Positions 19,101 to 27,618 of a stretch of DNA of 64,000 bases are shown piece by piece. Each line of letters begins with the position of its first letter. Within the stretch, counting starts at the first letter, position 1. This DNA comes from a virus (taxonomy: Duplodnaviria > Heunggongvirae > Uroviricota > Caudoviricetes): positions 19,598 through 83,597 of IMG/VR virus record IMGVR_UViG_3300038393_000804. One strand, written 5' to 3'. The notes below the pieces were generated by a model. The model had not been told where the DNA came from. It searched no databases and saw only the letters and a program-made list of their open reading frames with translations. The translations under genes and the position numbers were made by a program.

Positions 19101-19437
19101 CAGTTACAACTTGAATGTTTACCTTCGCCGCGATTGTACGCTGCTCATACTTGATTGTAATCTCATCTGCCGATGCTTGCATATAAAGCTGAGCATTTGT
19201 ACTGCTACTGTACAGTTTTCCAAGTGTCGCATCGTATGTCCAAGTGCCAGCCATCTGGTCTACAATCGGGTCGTTTGGAGCATATGTTGCTGTTGGAAGA
19301 ATTGCTTTTAAGTTTACCGTAACCGTGCTTTTCAAAGGCTGCTCTGTAAAAAGCTCTTTGGTTTGATACCATCCAGCAAAAGCATTGGTTGCACCGTAGT
19401 AGGATGTACCATACCAGTTATGTCCGTATTGAGCCAC
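16162..19437 (-). CDS. Baseplate or virion protein (1091 aa) with two LysM domains
   Basis: YTTQSGDTLNDIATIYG...LENQRLKIP and YTAVANDTYKSIAAVQGV...PGQVILVP; GTG start with SD GGGAGG. Confidence 0.75.
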   Translation of the reverse strand: MAQYGHNWYGTSYYGATNAFAGWYQTKELFTEQPLKSTVTVNLKAILPTATYAPNDPIVDQMAGTWTYDATLGKLYSSSTNAQLYMQASADEITIKYEQRTIAAKVNIQVVTVQPGVADITNNYVLNTQSTVVSTNAAFKISGLPFGKQQITITMASDSPAGANFNFKGFTARTANLTIESRARLLSESWPTPYPDAAYTKLNTTITSLNAITGEYLVSATTPSYTGKDHIQFKIYLASSDNETTPEVEYIEVVAGDSSNRTDNGQWTATFNMLNIATQAGASFSYVDEVVWTENVPATTTLTVRSQSLTPQGFKDYVTVPYKQGVNRIRLRDGHNSGWLDTPVNAPAENIPYVSTTEWLSWTDQSFFPPDKDGAGIIYTFINRTKDNVLTPYHKVDKTKAFNHNLKGNPTLKNFDNVIRINLSRSPNKQTPVVDFIKLTSSMHYEQDYTVEDKDFSAVDNHNTGKDIILDMTTIQNTWVVPAATNNPTYKLIDSTKRPNDVTLYFDSEKSLASRTNVTTSKTNKVWAETKVYDSKTKKGLMKKYQYGGGQVKYPLTEEIQMANNFTPSLTKGLHYRYHLDAGWPQEYYTTQSGDTLNDIATIYGKTEQDFTTINPKIRYNTDGTLLENQRLKIPNDSLNDNVILVFKSTNSDITSKSSTNSLLDGNSSTESDSVVASVKQSSIYGYVDWVSEEKIFDGVLNLNDVPKHYGRVHPASSDDSSTNLKYTAVANDTYKSIAAVQGVDEDDLRWLNDAGADSQPTPGQVILVPPPFSLPWIDPMAIVSDEPFNVTIVYNSVKKKDGKILPEDIIISAPLVVDYEVVESTAQIVRGDIANGKDLIPSPMVTGITSIETDDGMTTYNEYDSTLHIGDFTLNGNYIDWNVTGGQEPAAGTVYNVVYQHKQPKTITVDMSTLYYEEGGVDRIWRSPEVKEFKGMCYPGVDYVADLPDFSEWQGLPDNSIEDLKYVIEDNDLWVKTWAEQRKGQWVIVGSLQDRVPKDNWFPTVQTGYYYLGQDEYYLFSEPIVIQPTEEEVPTAKNVNFVPGKFENAAQLQEGSQNLIRNSGFDIANTTTTVYKMSFTSTVAGLGATV

Positions 19438-19459
19438 TTCATTTTACCTCCCTTTAGGA

Positions 19460-19483
19460 GGGGCCGAAGCCCCATTATTTTTT
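19460..19483. terminator. Stem-loop GGGGC-TTCG-GCCCC (minus strand); the U-tract is present only on the plus strand
   Basis: Plus strand reads GGGGC CGAA GCCCC ATTATTTTTT; the minus strand continues into TCCTAAAGGGAGG (the SD). Confidence 0.5.
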
Positions 19484-21595
19484 ATAAGTTACCTCTATCT
19501 GTGCCCATGTATCGAATTTCATGTATGGCTTTCCGTCTGGGTCATGCAACATGATTCCAGTTGCCTTTCCATCTCTTATCCATTCGATATAACTGTTTGG
19601 AAGGTCAACCCATTTCCGTTCACCCATAACGAACGATACGTTGCTGGTAGCTCCAGCTCCAAGTACAGGAGGAACGCCACCATGGTTCTTTGACCACATC
19701 TCCGTAGTACGGTCATGCAGGTAGAACTTTGGCTTATATGCTGTTGTGCTATATCCTCCACGGATACGTTCAATCGACATTCGGACATTAGTAATCTGAG
19801 CGCCCTTTAAATCATCACGCATATCTTCATAAGAGAAGTACCACTGGCCTCTGGTATTACCGCCGCCTTCCCACTCACCATGGTAAGCATAGGTGTGGTT
19901 TACGCCTTGGTTAGAGTACCAGCCAACACCGCTATCTGCCCATGTATGGCAGTGAACGCTATCGTAATACTTCACATGAGTTGGCTTATCTGTGTGTACG
20001 TTGACACAAGCCCAGTCACTGCTACCCGCTCTGTTATTTGCCCTTACAAAGAAATTGTAAATGGAATTAGATGCCAAGCTAGTATCATGCTTAACCGTTG
20101 ATGTCGTGTCTCCAAGATTCGTACCGTCATGTGCGCTATCACCATAATAGTTGTATCGGTATCTGTGGATAGTGTAATCTTCGGCTGTAGCAACAGCATC
20201 CCAGTCGATTGTTGCATCTGTAACTCCAACTTGAGTAACACGCAGGTTCTTTGGAACACCTGGAGGTTTCAGTGGGTCAAAGGTAACGCCGCCACTATAT
20301 TTCCAATCTGTTTTCAAACCTGTATCATCAACTGCTCTTACACGATAGAAGAACTTCCCTGATGCTCCACTTACCTTGTGGGTAGTTGCAAGTGTGGTTA
20401 CGGCTGTTGAGACATTTGACCATGTACCATTCGCATTGTAAGTTGTGCTTGTTAAGGCATTCTTTTGGTACTGAACTTCATAATGGTCAACACCCATAGG
20501 GATTTTAAAGTTGCTACCATATGTAACAGTCTTTGTCTTAGGAGTAGACTCATTACCCCTATGGTCGTAAGCTGTCACTTTTAGGACATGCTGTGCTTCA
20601 GAAAGATTGTCTGCATCATACAGTCCATCCCAGTCCATATCAAATGTTCTGTAATCTCCATTTGTCAGTTCGCTTTCTTTGAAGTAAAGCTCAGATGCGA
20701 ATGCTCCGCCTGGGCCATATGCAAAGTCAGCCAAGTAGTATCGAATATCTTTACTAGGAGACAGCTCTGTAAATACCAATCTCCCACTCTGATTTCCAAG
20801 AGAGCCATTCGTCCATGATATACTGATACTCGTATCTTCTTTTCCATCGCTTGTAGCCGTAACGGAATTCATCTGATACATATCTGGAGTGTCAGTCGTA
20901 ATGTCGATGCTCTGAACAGGCTTTGGTGCAATACCTAGTATTCCGTCGATATAGTTTCGAATCTTCTCCAAGTCTGATATACCAAGGGAATCGGAAACCA
21001 GTCCATATATATCAATATCACCAGATGCTTGTTCAAGTGTCTGCTCTAGATAGTTAACTACATTATTGAGTGTATTGAAGTCCCTTCTGCTTGGGACAAC
21101 CTCACCAACAAATAACATATTTACTCCTGCTGTTAATGTTAGTGGAACGTCTTCATAGTCTCCTAAAATATTTAAGAGATTGTTTTTGAATTCAGCAAAG
21201 TAGGTATCCTTTACGATAACTTCACCCTGCTTAGGAATATATGTCCACGTAACAGTAGGAGAGGCAGGACAATCGCTGTAATAGAATGCAGCTTTTACGG
21301 ACGGGTCACTTACTAGCCCATCCTTATTGTAAGTTGTAACCTGCCAATAGTACTTAATGTCCTTGGTGAATACATAATTGAGTTCGCTTAAATCAAAGAA
21401 CATTTCACGAGTAGTCTTTGTGTATGTTTTCAAAACTACACTATTAATATCGTAAAGAGTCACAGTGAATTTTGTTTGATAATCGCTGTTGCTTGTTCCC
21501 CTGAAAGTCCAGCCAAACTGCATAGAATCAGGAATGTCTGGACTCACCATACTATAGTAGCAAGGGGATAAGCCTTCAGGTCTTTTTAGTGCCAT
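19475..21595 (-). CDS. Fibronectin-III-containing tail or fibre protein (706 aa)
   Basis: Fn3 signatures KYYWQVTTYN, KFFYRVRAVDDTGLKTDW, PPGVPKNLRVTQVG...YNFFVRANNRAGSSDW. Confidence 0.75.
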   Translation of the reverse strand: MALKRPEGLSPCYYSMVSPDIPDSMQFGWTFRGTSNSDYQTKFTVTLYDINSVVLKTYTKTTREMFFDLSELNYVFTKDIKYYWQVTTYNKDGLVSDPSVKAAFYYSDCPASPTVTWTYIPKQGEVIVKDTYFAEFKNNLLNILGDYEDVPLTLTAGVNMLFVGEVVPSRRDFNTLNNVVNYLEQTLEQASGDIDIYGLVSDSLGISDLEKIRNYIDGILGIAPKPVQSIDITTDTPDMYQMNSVTATSDGKEDTSISISWTNGSLGNQSGRLVFTELSPSKDIRYYLADFAYGPGGAFASELYFKESELTNGDYRTFDMDWDGLYDADNLSEAQHVLKVTAYDHRGNESTPKTKTVTYGSNFKIPMGVDHYEVQYQKNALTSTTYNANGTWSNVSTAVTTLATTHKVSGASGKFFYRVRAVDDTGLKTDWKYSGGVTFDPLKPPGVPKNLRVTQVGVTDATIDWDAVATAEDYTIHRYRYNYYGDSAHDGTNLGDTTSTVKHDTSLASNSIYNFFVRANNRAGSSDWACVNVHTDKPTHVKYYDSVHCHTWADSGVGWYSNQGVNHTYAYHGEWEGGGNTRGQWYFSYEDMRDDLKGAQITNVRMSIERIRGGYSTTAYKPKFYLHDRTTEMWSKNHGGVPPVLGAGATSNVSFVMGERKWVDLPNSYIEWIRDGKATGIMLHDPDGKPYMKFDTWAQIEVTYKK

Positions 21596-21609
21596 CTGCT
21601 TCTACCACC

Positions 21610-22698
21610 TTACATATCGAATACGGCTGGGTGAACAGGAGTGATAAAGGCGCAATCAAAGTCAACGTTTACGCTGCCTGTTGTAGCGCTTCTTACAGCT
21701 GTTAGCCAGCCAGATTTTGTTGCATCTAAGTTCTCACGCTCAAACACCATATAGAATGTTTGGTATTCATTTGCCGCTGCAAAATCTGTTCCTTTTATGC
21801 TAACATAGCCTCTTGATTTGGATTGAGTATTGTCTGCTTGGTTTTTATCAGAGTAAGACAATCTTACGACTTCACTGGATGTAAGAGAGCTTACTTTTAA
21901 TCTAATAGCAAATACGTACTTACCACAAAGCATATTGGTAATTCCTGTGCTAATGATTGTTGCTTGTGCAGTTCCGCTATAACGACGGGATACACCATCT
22001 GTTGTATTTGCATCGTTGTTGCTCGAACCAGTTGTAAGGTCGCTTGCTGTCCACTCTTTGTGAGTGCGGCTAGTAAATCCGCCTTGTACTGTAAGGTCTC
22101 CCTGGATTGTTCCACCAGTTTTCATGGAAAGCTTATCTGCAATTGCATCTGCTATTTTAGTAGTATCCTTAACAGATAGGATAAGGTCGGAACCCGTAAT
22201 ACCGCTAGCTTGTGTTAAGTCAATGTGAGACTTTGCAAGTAATCCTGTTATCTCATCTACTAGGTTAATCTGAGGAGCCTCATGAAGGCCGCCGCCATGT
22301 GTATGTGTTAAGATGGTTTGTCCAAGAGCTGCTGTCCAGTTTTGTCCACCATAGCGAGCATCATAGTAAGCATCTTTGTCTTCAGCTGCTGCAATACGAG
22401 CAGCCACTGTCCCTTTGTCTGCGCCTTTATAATCAATGTAAGGCTCAATACCTAGAACACGTTGAATAGCCATTACCGCGTCACCAAGAGCATTGACGTG
22501 TTCAGCCATATTCCAATCTGGGTCTTGTCCTGGCGACATATGAGTATCTCCAGCACTCCAGAAGCCTCGCATGTTTGCGTTATATGTGTTAGCCGATGCA
22601 TCCCTTGAATCAATTGCTTTAGGGTAGCGAGTCATGTTCAGGTCGGTGAATTTTGTATTACCAACGGCACTTGTTTCAGAACGTCCGCCTGCTGCCAT
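21610..22698 (-). CDS. Short fibre protein (362 aa) with an N-terminal anchor shared with the giant fibre and a C-terminal beta-sandwich
   Basis: RYP...D...MAEHVNALGDAVMAIQRVLGIEP...TVAARI matches KYP...D...MADDINSLQDSISAIQETLGLNP...SVGERI of the 6777 gene. Confidence 0.65.
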   Translation of the reverse strand: MAAGGRSETSAVGNTKFTDLNMTRYPKAIDSRDASANTYNANMRGFWSAGDTHMSPGQDPDWNMAEHVNALGDAVMAIQRVLGIEPYIDYKGADKGTVAARIAAAEDKDAYYDARYGGQNWTAALGQTILTHTHGGGLHEAPQINLVDEITGLLAKSHIDLTQASGITGSDLILSVKDTTKIADAIADKLSMKTGGTIQGDLTVQGGFTSRTHKEWTASDLTTGSSNNDANTTDGVSRRYSGTAQATIISTGITNMLCGKYVFAIRLKVSSLTSSEVVRLSYSDKNQADNTQSKSRGYVSIKGTDFAAANEYQTFYMVFERENLDATKSGWLTAVRSATTGSVNVDFDCAFITPVHPAVFDM

Positions 22699-22713
22699 AT
22701 TTCATCATCCTTT

Positions 22714-24348
22714 CTATTTATCTGGTAAGTTCAGTCTGAGACTACCAGTGTTCACAATTTCAACTGTACCTGTACGAGTTCCTTCTACAAAAGAACCGTA
22801 AGTGTCAATCATGTCATAGTAATCGCCAAAGCCGAGTTCAATCTCCCCAGTTGTCGTAGCAAATGTGTCGAGGAACTCTGTATCAACATAGGTGTCGTTC
22901 TTTGTTAAGTCATTCTGGGTATCAAGCTTGTAGCTATGAGTAACACCAGCCGTGTCTTTCCACTTTACTGTAATATCTTTTAGCTGTGGTGTATCTGTAA
23001 CGGAATTGGTTGTCATATCTACAATGACTTTATACATGTTATAATCCGAAGCATTTGTTTTGCTTAGGTTCTTTGTTCCAGTAATAATTTCAATGGAAGG
23101 ATTCGAATCGTTATCATACTGGTAACCCAATGTCACAGGATTAAAGTCAATATTGGTTGTGTAGTTGTAATCCTTCAGTGCCTTAATCGTGTAATGCAAG
23201 TAAAGGATTTCAGAAGCAACAACCGTATACTTATAGACCTCTGGCTTGTACTCTTCATTCAGGATTGTTCCATTTGCAGTAATCTTGTATTTAAAACTAA
23301 TCTCAGGGTCTACACGTTCAAGACCGCTGTTCTTACCACGGACGCCCACATAATATTTGAAATTACGGATATTGTCCTGTTCTATTGGAGCTGTAACTAA
23401 AAGCTCATCTCCATCCCCAACACCGCTCTGGAAGTCTGTCGTAAGCCATCCATCTGTTGAGGCATCCCATATATGCGGCAAGTATTCAAGTCCGATGTTC
23501 TGCTCTTCGATAGAGTGCCAGTAAGCTTCACCCCAGCTCATGTTGTCCCATGTAAAGCCAAATACTTTATTTATTTTGCCTACATAACCTAATAGCTTTT
23601 GGGTAGGTGCTCCCGTCTTCTCATCTAGTAAGCTTCCTCTGAATGCCTTGTTCGCAAATTCATTAATGGTTACTTCTGATACATCAAGACCAAGGTCTCT
23701 TGATATCCCGTTCAACATACCCTGCTTAGTTGAGTTAGCTGGCTTACGGAAGACATCCAGTATACGCTCTTTAAATGTACCATTACGTTCTCCGAATAGG
23801 CGTTCAACGCCGAGCAATAAGCCAAATTCATCGAAAGCATTCCATATATGATGAAGGAAATATTCATAATGTCTTGTTCCATTAATATCAACTGTATCAA
23901 ATGGCTGAAAGATATTGTCTGGTGTAAGTGGATTTCCCAGCTCACTTAAACGAATATACACAAGACCGTCCACCGTATCCAAGATGGCTTTATGTTCAAA
24001 CATCTCTGTACTATCATCATCATAGAATTCCCTAAGCGAATTGCAGAGTTGGCAAGGTAAAGAATCCTCTCCTATGTTTACCACGACTCTATCCAATGTT
24101 ACCATGTCAAGAACAATAGGAAGGGCAAGCGGCACCTTATATGTGATGTCGATTTGCCCAAGTGAAGCTGAATTAATGTATTGATTTCCTATTGCGAAGT
24201 CGAGGTATTTTTCTACTTGCTCAAACTCAAGTCCGAATACGTCCAAGAATTGAGCACCTATAGAGTTAGGGTCTTTAGCCATCTTCATCCAACGAGGCAT
24301 CATTGACTGCATATTCTGGGTGAATTGACTTAGACTAACGTCTGCCAT
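22714..24348 (-). CDS. Baseplate wedge protein (544 aa)
   Basis: Follows the gpJ-like gene. MPRW...SIGAQFLDVFG and DEFGLLLGVERLFGE...FKERIL patterns resemble wedge (P2 gpI-like) proteins. Confidence 0.6.
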   Translation of the reverse strand: MADVSLSQFTQNMQSMMPRWMKMAKDPNSIGAQFLDVFGLEFEQVEKYLDFAIGNQYINSASLGQIDITYKVPLALPIVLDMVTLDRVVVNIGEDSLPCQLCNSLREFYDDDSTEMFEHKAILDTVDGLVYIRLSELGNPLTPDNIFQPFDTVDINGTRHYEYFLHHIWNAFDEFGLLLGVERLFGERNGTFKERILDVFRKPANSTKQGMLNGISRDLGLDVSEVTINEFANKAFRGSLLDEKTGAPTQKLLGYVGKINKVFGFTWDNMSWGEAYWHSIEEQNIGLEYLPHIWDASTDGWLTTDFQSGVGDGDELLVTAPIEQDNIRNFKYYVGVRGKNSGLERVDPEISFKYKITANGTILNEEYKPEVYKYTVVASEILYLHYTIKALKDYNYTTNIDFNPVTLGYQYDNDSNPSIEIITGTKNLSKTNASDYNMYKVIVDMTTNSVTDTPQLKDITVKWKDTAGVTHSYKLDTQNDLTKNDTYVDTEFLDTFATTTGEIELGFGDYYDMIDTYGSFVEGTRTGTVEIVNTGSLRLNLPDK

Positions 24349-24366
24349 AGATAAACCCCCTTATTA

Positions 24367-25167
24367 TCAAGTGATGTCAAGTGTGTCCAAAAGGAGTCTT
24401 TCGTTCCACTTGCAATCTAAATTGCCGATAAATTTTTGTACGTTGTTAACTGCCAATCCATAAATATCTAAATCTATTATTTTAGGACTGACATCCATCA
24501 TCTGCTGAATAGCTTCATTTAATATAAAGCTTTCTCCCATTGACAGGTTATTAGCATAATCAGTTAATGCTTTTGAAACATTCTGGCGAATAGTTCCCTT
24601 TTCAGCAGCAGTAGCATCACTACTAAATACAAGCCTAACCATTAGTTCTACAGGAATCAATACTGGGCTTAAAACTTCTGCATATACTCCATATGCTTTT
24701 GTATCGTCAACAACAGACTGTACTGCCTGAAGTGTGGCACGGTCAGCCTGTGGACTTTCTGAGATAACATAGCAGCTGAAAGAACCAGCACCATGAGTAT
24801 ATTGCTTGAATACTAAATCCTTTACTCCTTCAACAGCTAATGCTTTTAGGCGAATGGAAGTAAGGTTTGCCCCTGCTACTACATACACCTGATTGGTAAT
24901 GCGGGCACGGTAGTTGTCATCTGTTTCTCCAGCATTTCTTGTACAATCCAATAGCTGACCAATAAGATTTAGGTAAGTTCCAGTAGCTGTGCTTACGAAT
25001 CCCATCGTAACAGATAAGTCTAGTTCACTATAGAACTGATAGAATTCTTCTGACAATACATCAAGGAAGGTACGAGCTACGCTTCCTGGGTCAACATTTG
25101 TAATGTCTGTTTTGGAAGAAAGACGAGTCTGTAAGTCTGCCAATACTTCACTGGTTGTTTTTATCAT
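24367..25167 (-). CDS. Baseplate J-like wedge protein (266 aa)
   Basis: DPGSVARTFLD...TATGTYLNLIG...GETDDNYRARI...ALAVEGV...GAGSF...PVLIPV, the Baseplate_J pattern. Confidence 0.85.
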   Translation of the reverse strand: MIKTTSEVLADLQTRLSSKTDITNVDPGSVARTFLDVLSEEFYQFYSELDLSVTMGFVSTATGTYLNLIGQLLDCTRNAGETDDNYRARITNQVYVVAGANLTSIRLKALAVEGVKDLVFKQYTHGAGSFSCYVISESPQADRATLQAVQSVVDDTKAYGVYAEVLSPVLIPVELMVRLVFSSDATAAEKGTIRQNVSKALTDYANNLSMGESFILNEAIQQMMDVSPKIIDLDIYGLAVNNVQKFIGNLDCKWNERLLLDTLDIT

Positions 25168-25185
25168 TCATCTACACCCTTTTCA

Positions 25186-25683
25186 TTAAGTAGTCGGTAC
25201 ATATTCATCCATTAAACCTGTCTCTAAATTGAAGGTTAAAGGAAGTCTGAAAACTCCAGTTAATGTCTTACTGATTTCAATAAGGAACAGCAATTCATTT
25301 TGGCTGATTGGAACAGCGCGTACATTGACTTGGGTAGCGCTATACAGACCACCATAGGTAAGTGCCGCAGTGATAAGAGCTGCGCCTTTATTCCCTGTTT
25401 CTCTTGTATTCGGCTCTCCAATTAAATCAGTTAGGTTGCCGCCCATTGTTGGGTAGTGATACCAGTCTGGAGAATCTGTACGAAGCCTATTAAAGATAGT
25501 TTGCTTTTCTGCATCAAGGTCATAGGATACATCCAAGTCTCTTATTTCTTTTCCATCTTCGCCTTTCTCTGTATCAACTGAACCATCTTTATGCTTATAA
25601 AGGATTTTGCCATCCGTATCTGTCTGCGGCTCACCCAGCATAATATCTCCATCCTCAGTAAAAGACCAGTCTATCTTAGCCAT
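25186..25683 (-). CDS. gp25/gpW-like baseplate wedge or sheath initiator (165 aa)
   Basis: KQTIFNRLRT...WYHYPTMGGNLTDLIGEPN; position immediately before the gpJ-like gene. Confidence 0.75.
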   Translation of the reverse strand: MAKIDWSFTEDGDIMLGEPQTDTDGKILYKHKDGSVDTEKGEDGKEIRDLDVSYDLDAEKQTIFNRLRTDSPDWYHYPTMGGNLTDLIGEPNTRETGNKGAALITAALTYGGLYSATQVNVRAVPISQNELLFLIEISKTLTGVFRLPLTFNLETGLMDEYVPTT

Positions 25684-26123
25684 TAGCTGTCCTCCTTGCT
25701 TACTTGTTCAACAGGAAGGCCAAGCTCTTGCATAATCGTAACCATTCCTTCACTGTATCGTATAGGATTATTTAATGTTTTCATGATATTTTCATCCTGC
25801 TGAATAGCTGAATTGAATGCCTTTCCATTCCAAGTGAATCCATCTGGTCTTGTTTTCACATTAAAGTTCTGCGCTATCACATTTATATTATCTCCGAATA
25901 GATTAATAGATTTAGTGACAGGGTCAAACCGAACACCAAGCTGTTCATCTGCAAAAATATCTATAAAGCCATCATCTGTTAATTTCACAACAGCCCCTGT
26001 ATCATCATGTTTAAGAGCTATTTCTCTTTCTTTGATGAAGTAGTCCTGTGTATCTTCTGACTCATGCTTTCTCTTGCCATGGGTATAATGTAAATCCATT
26101 AATGAGCCTTGCCATTCAGCCAT
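25683..26123 (-). CDS. Baseplate spike-associated protein (146 aa)
   Basis: Beta-strand-rich (IALKHDDTGAVVKLTDDGFIDIFAD); overlaps both neighbours by one base (translational coupling). Confidence 0.5.
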   Translation of the reverse strand: MAEWQGSLMDLHYTHGKRKHESEDTQDYFIKEREIALKHDDTGAVVKLTDDGFIDIFADEQLGVRFDPVTKSINLFGDNINVIAQNFNVKTRPDGFTWNGKAFNSAIQQDENIMKTLNNPIRYSEGMVTIMQELGLPVEQVSKEDS

Positions 26124-26482
26124 TACAACATCCCCATTCCTTTCGGGATTCCTGCCCCGTTTTTCGATTGATAATCTGCTCCTCTGAATCTTTTGTGGAC
26201 AGCAGTAATATACGGACTTTCAATGCTTCCATGTTTGAAATCAAGGGTAACTTCATCGCCCTGTTCCAGTGCCTGCTTGAATACGCCGTCTCCATCAACT
26301 GGCAGAGGCACATTTGCGTTTTCCCTTTCTGCACCAGATTGAGGGTCTTTCCAATAGATACGAGCCGTATTCTTGTAGTAATCTATTGCTTGGATAGTAC
26401 CTGGAACACTATTTCTCTTGTTATCTACCATTGGTTTAACGACTTGACGAATCGCGGCATGGATAGGATTCTGACTATGCAT
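26123..26482 (-). CDS. Spike OB-fold (gpV/gp5 N-terminal-like) protein (119 aa)
   Basis: GTIQAIDYYKNTARI...VPLP...LEQGDEVTLDFKHGSIESPYI resembles the gpV OB fold. Confidence 0.65.
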   Translation of the reverse strand: MHSQNPIHAAIRQVVKPMVDNKRNSVPGTIQAIDYYKNTARIYWKDPQSGAERENANVPLPVDGDGVFKQALEQGDEVTLDFKHGSIESPYITAVHKRFRGADYQSKNGAGIPKGMGML

Positions 26483-27605
26483 TCCACTTCACTCTCCTAC
26501 CTTGAGCTTCAAGTCTTGGCTTGTAGTAGCTATTATTCATGTCGATATAGCTTACCTTACCAGTACCAGTATTACCATTATCTCCAATAGCTCTGTTGTT
26601 TCCTAGGTAAATACCAATGTGACCATAGCTCTTGTATGTATTCCAGAACACCATATCACCAGGTTGCAGGTCTGAACTCTTGATAGAAATCAAATCTTTG
26701 TTAGCTAAGATACTGTCTGTGTTTCCCCCAAATGCACAAATCTCATAACCGCATTGAGCAAATACATATCGCACCCATGAAGAACAGTCGAACTTACCAG
26801 CAGCAATATCAGCTTGAGTACGTCCGCCGCCAAACCAGTAAACGTTTGGTTTAGACAGCCAAGAAGTAGCTTCCTGTATGACTTTCTTTGCATCACCTTT
26901 AGCACCAGAAACATCACCGCTAGGAGGGTTCTTGCTCCACTTGTCATAATAAGCTTGAGCATACTTATAACGGTTTTCAAAGTTAGGCTTACCTGCACGT
27001 TCAAAGGCTTCTTCGAATATCCTACAAGCTTCCTTGTAATCTGTTAATTTCTTAAAACCTTCAAAGCCGCCACTACAGCCTTTGTTTGTCATACGCCTAC
27101 TAATATCAGCTGTGGTTAATTCTTTCCACATCCATTCAAGCTGAGTCTCAATTGCCCACTCATCTTTTCCTGCACCTTTAGCCCATTTCAATAGAGCATC
27201 CCAGCGTCCGCCATTAGGTGGATGTGTTTCCCACTGACAGATACCACGACCAGGTCCGCCACCATACTGTAACTTCTTAGGGTCAATACCTGACTCTTGC
27301 TTTAAGTTACCCATGACACCAGCGATTGCCGCTGCGGATAACCCTTGTCCTGCAAGAAAGTTCCATGTCTTCTCTTCTGGGCCATTGCCAGCTACTTGTC
27401 CTGCAGCACTTCCATCTCCACTAGCGCTAGTTCCACCGCTGCCCTCTTTTAGCTTCTCAATTTCCTTCTCCAAATCTTCCAAGGTCAACCCTGGTAATTT
27501 AAAGGTAGAGAGGAACGACGTGCGTTCCTCGTACCAGCCTTTTAGGAAGTCGAGCTTATTGGTGTATCTATCAGAAAAGCCTTTTTGCTTATCAGATTGA
27601 GTCAT
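26475..27605 (-). CDS. Tail-associated lysin: phage tail lysozyme domain plus NlpC/P60 peptidase
   Basis: AAIAGVMGNLKQESG...GRGICQW...QLEWMWKEL...FERAG (lysozyme); YWFGGG...FDCSSWVRYVF...LQPGDMVFW...GHIGIYLG (NlpC/P60 Cys-His). Confidence 0.92.
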   Translation of the reverse strand: MTQSDKQKGFSDRYTNKLDFLKGWYEERTSFLSTFKLPGLTLEDLEKEIEKLKEGSGGTSASGDGSAAGQVAGNGPEEKTWNFLAGQGLSAAAIAGVMGNLKQESGIDPKKLQYGGGPGRGICQWETHPPNGGRWDALLKWAKGAGKDEWAIETQLEWMWKELTTADISRRMTNKGCSGGFEGFKKLTDYKEACRIFEEAFERAGKPNFENRYKYAQAYYDKWSKNPPSGDVSGAKGDAKKVIQEATSWLSKPNVYWFGGGRTQADIAAGKFDCSSWVRYVFAQCGYEICAFGGNTDSILANKDLISIKSSDLQPGDMVFWNTYKSYGHIGIYLGNNRAIGDNGNTGTGKVSYIDMNNSYYKPRLEAQGRRVKWNA

Positions 27606-27618
27606 GCTTCACCACTCC

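Noticed and set aside
19330-19442. Short out-of-frame ORF starting at an ATG 4 nt after the SD of the 1091-aa gene
   Set aside because: Spacing is too short compared with the in-frame GTG; no supporting evidence.
26116-26334. Alternative-frame minus-strand ORF overlapping the spike gene (and similar 60-110 aa overlaps elsewhere)
   Set aside because: Fully overlaps a better-supported gene and has no SD.
26048-26590. 180-aa plus-strand ORF
   Set aside because: Antisense to three well-supported, coupled baseplate genes; no recognisable motifs or SD.
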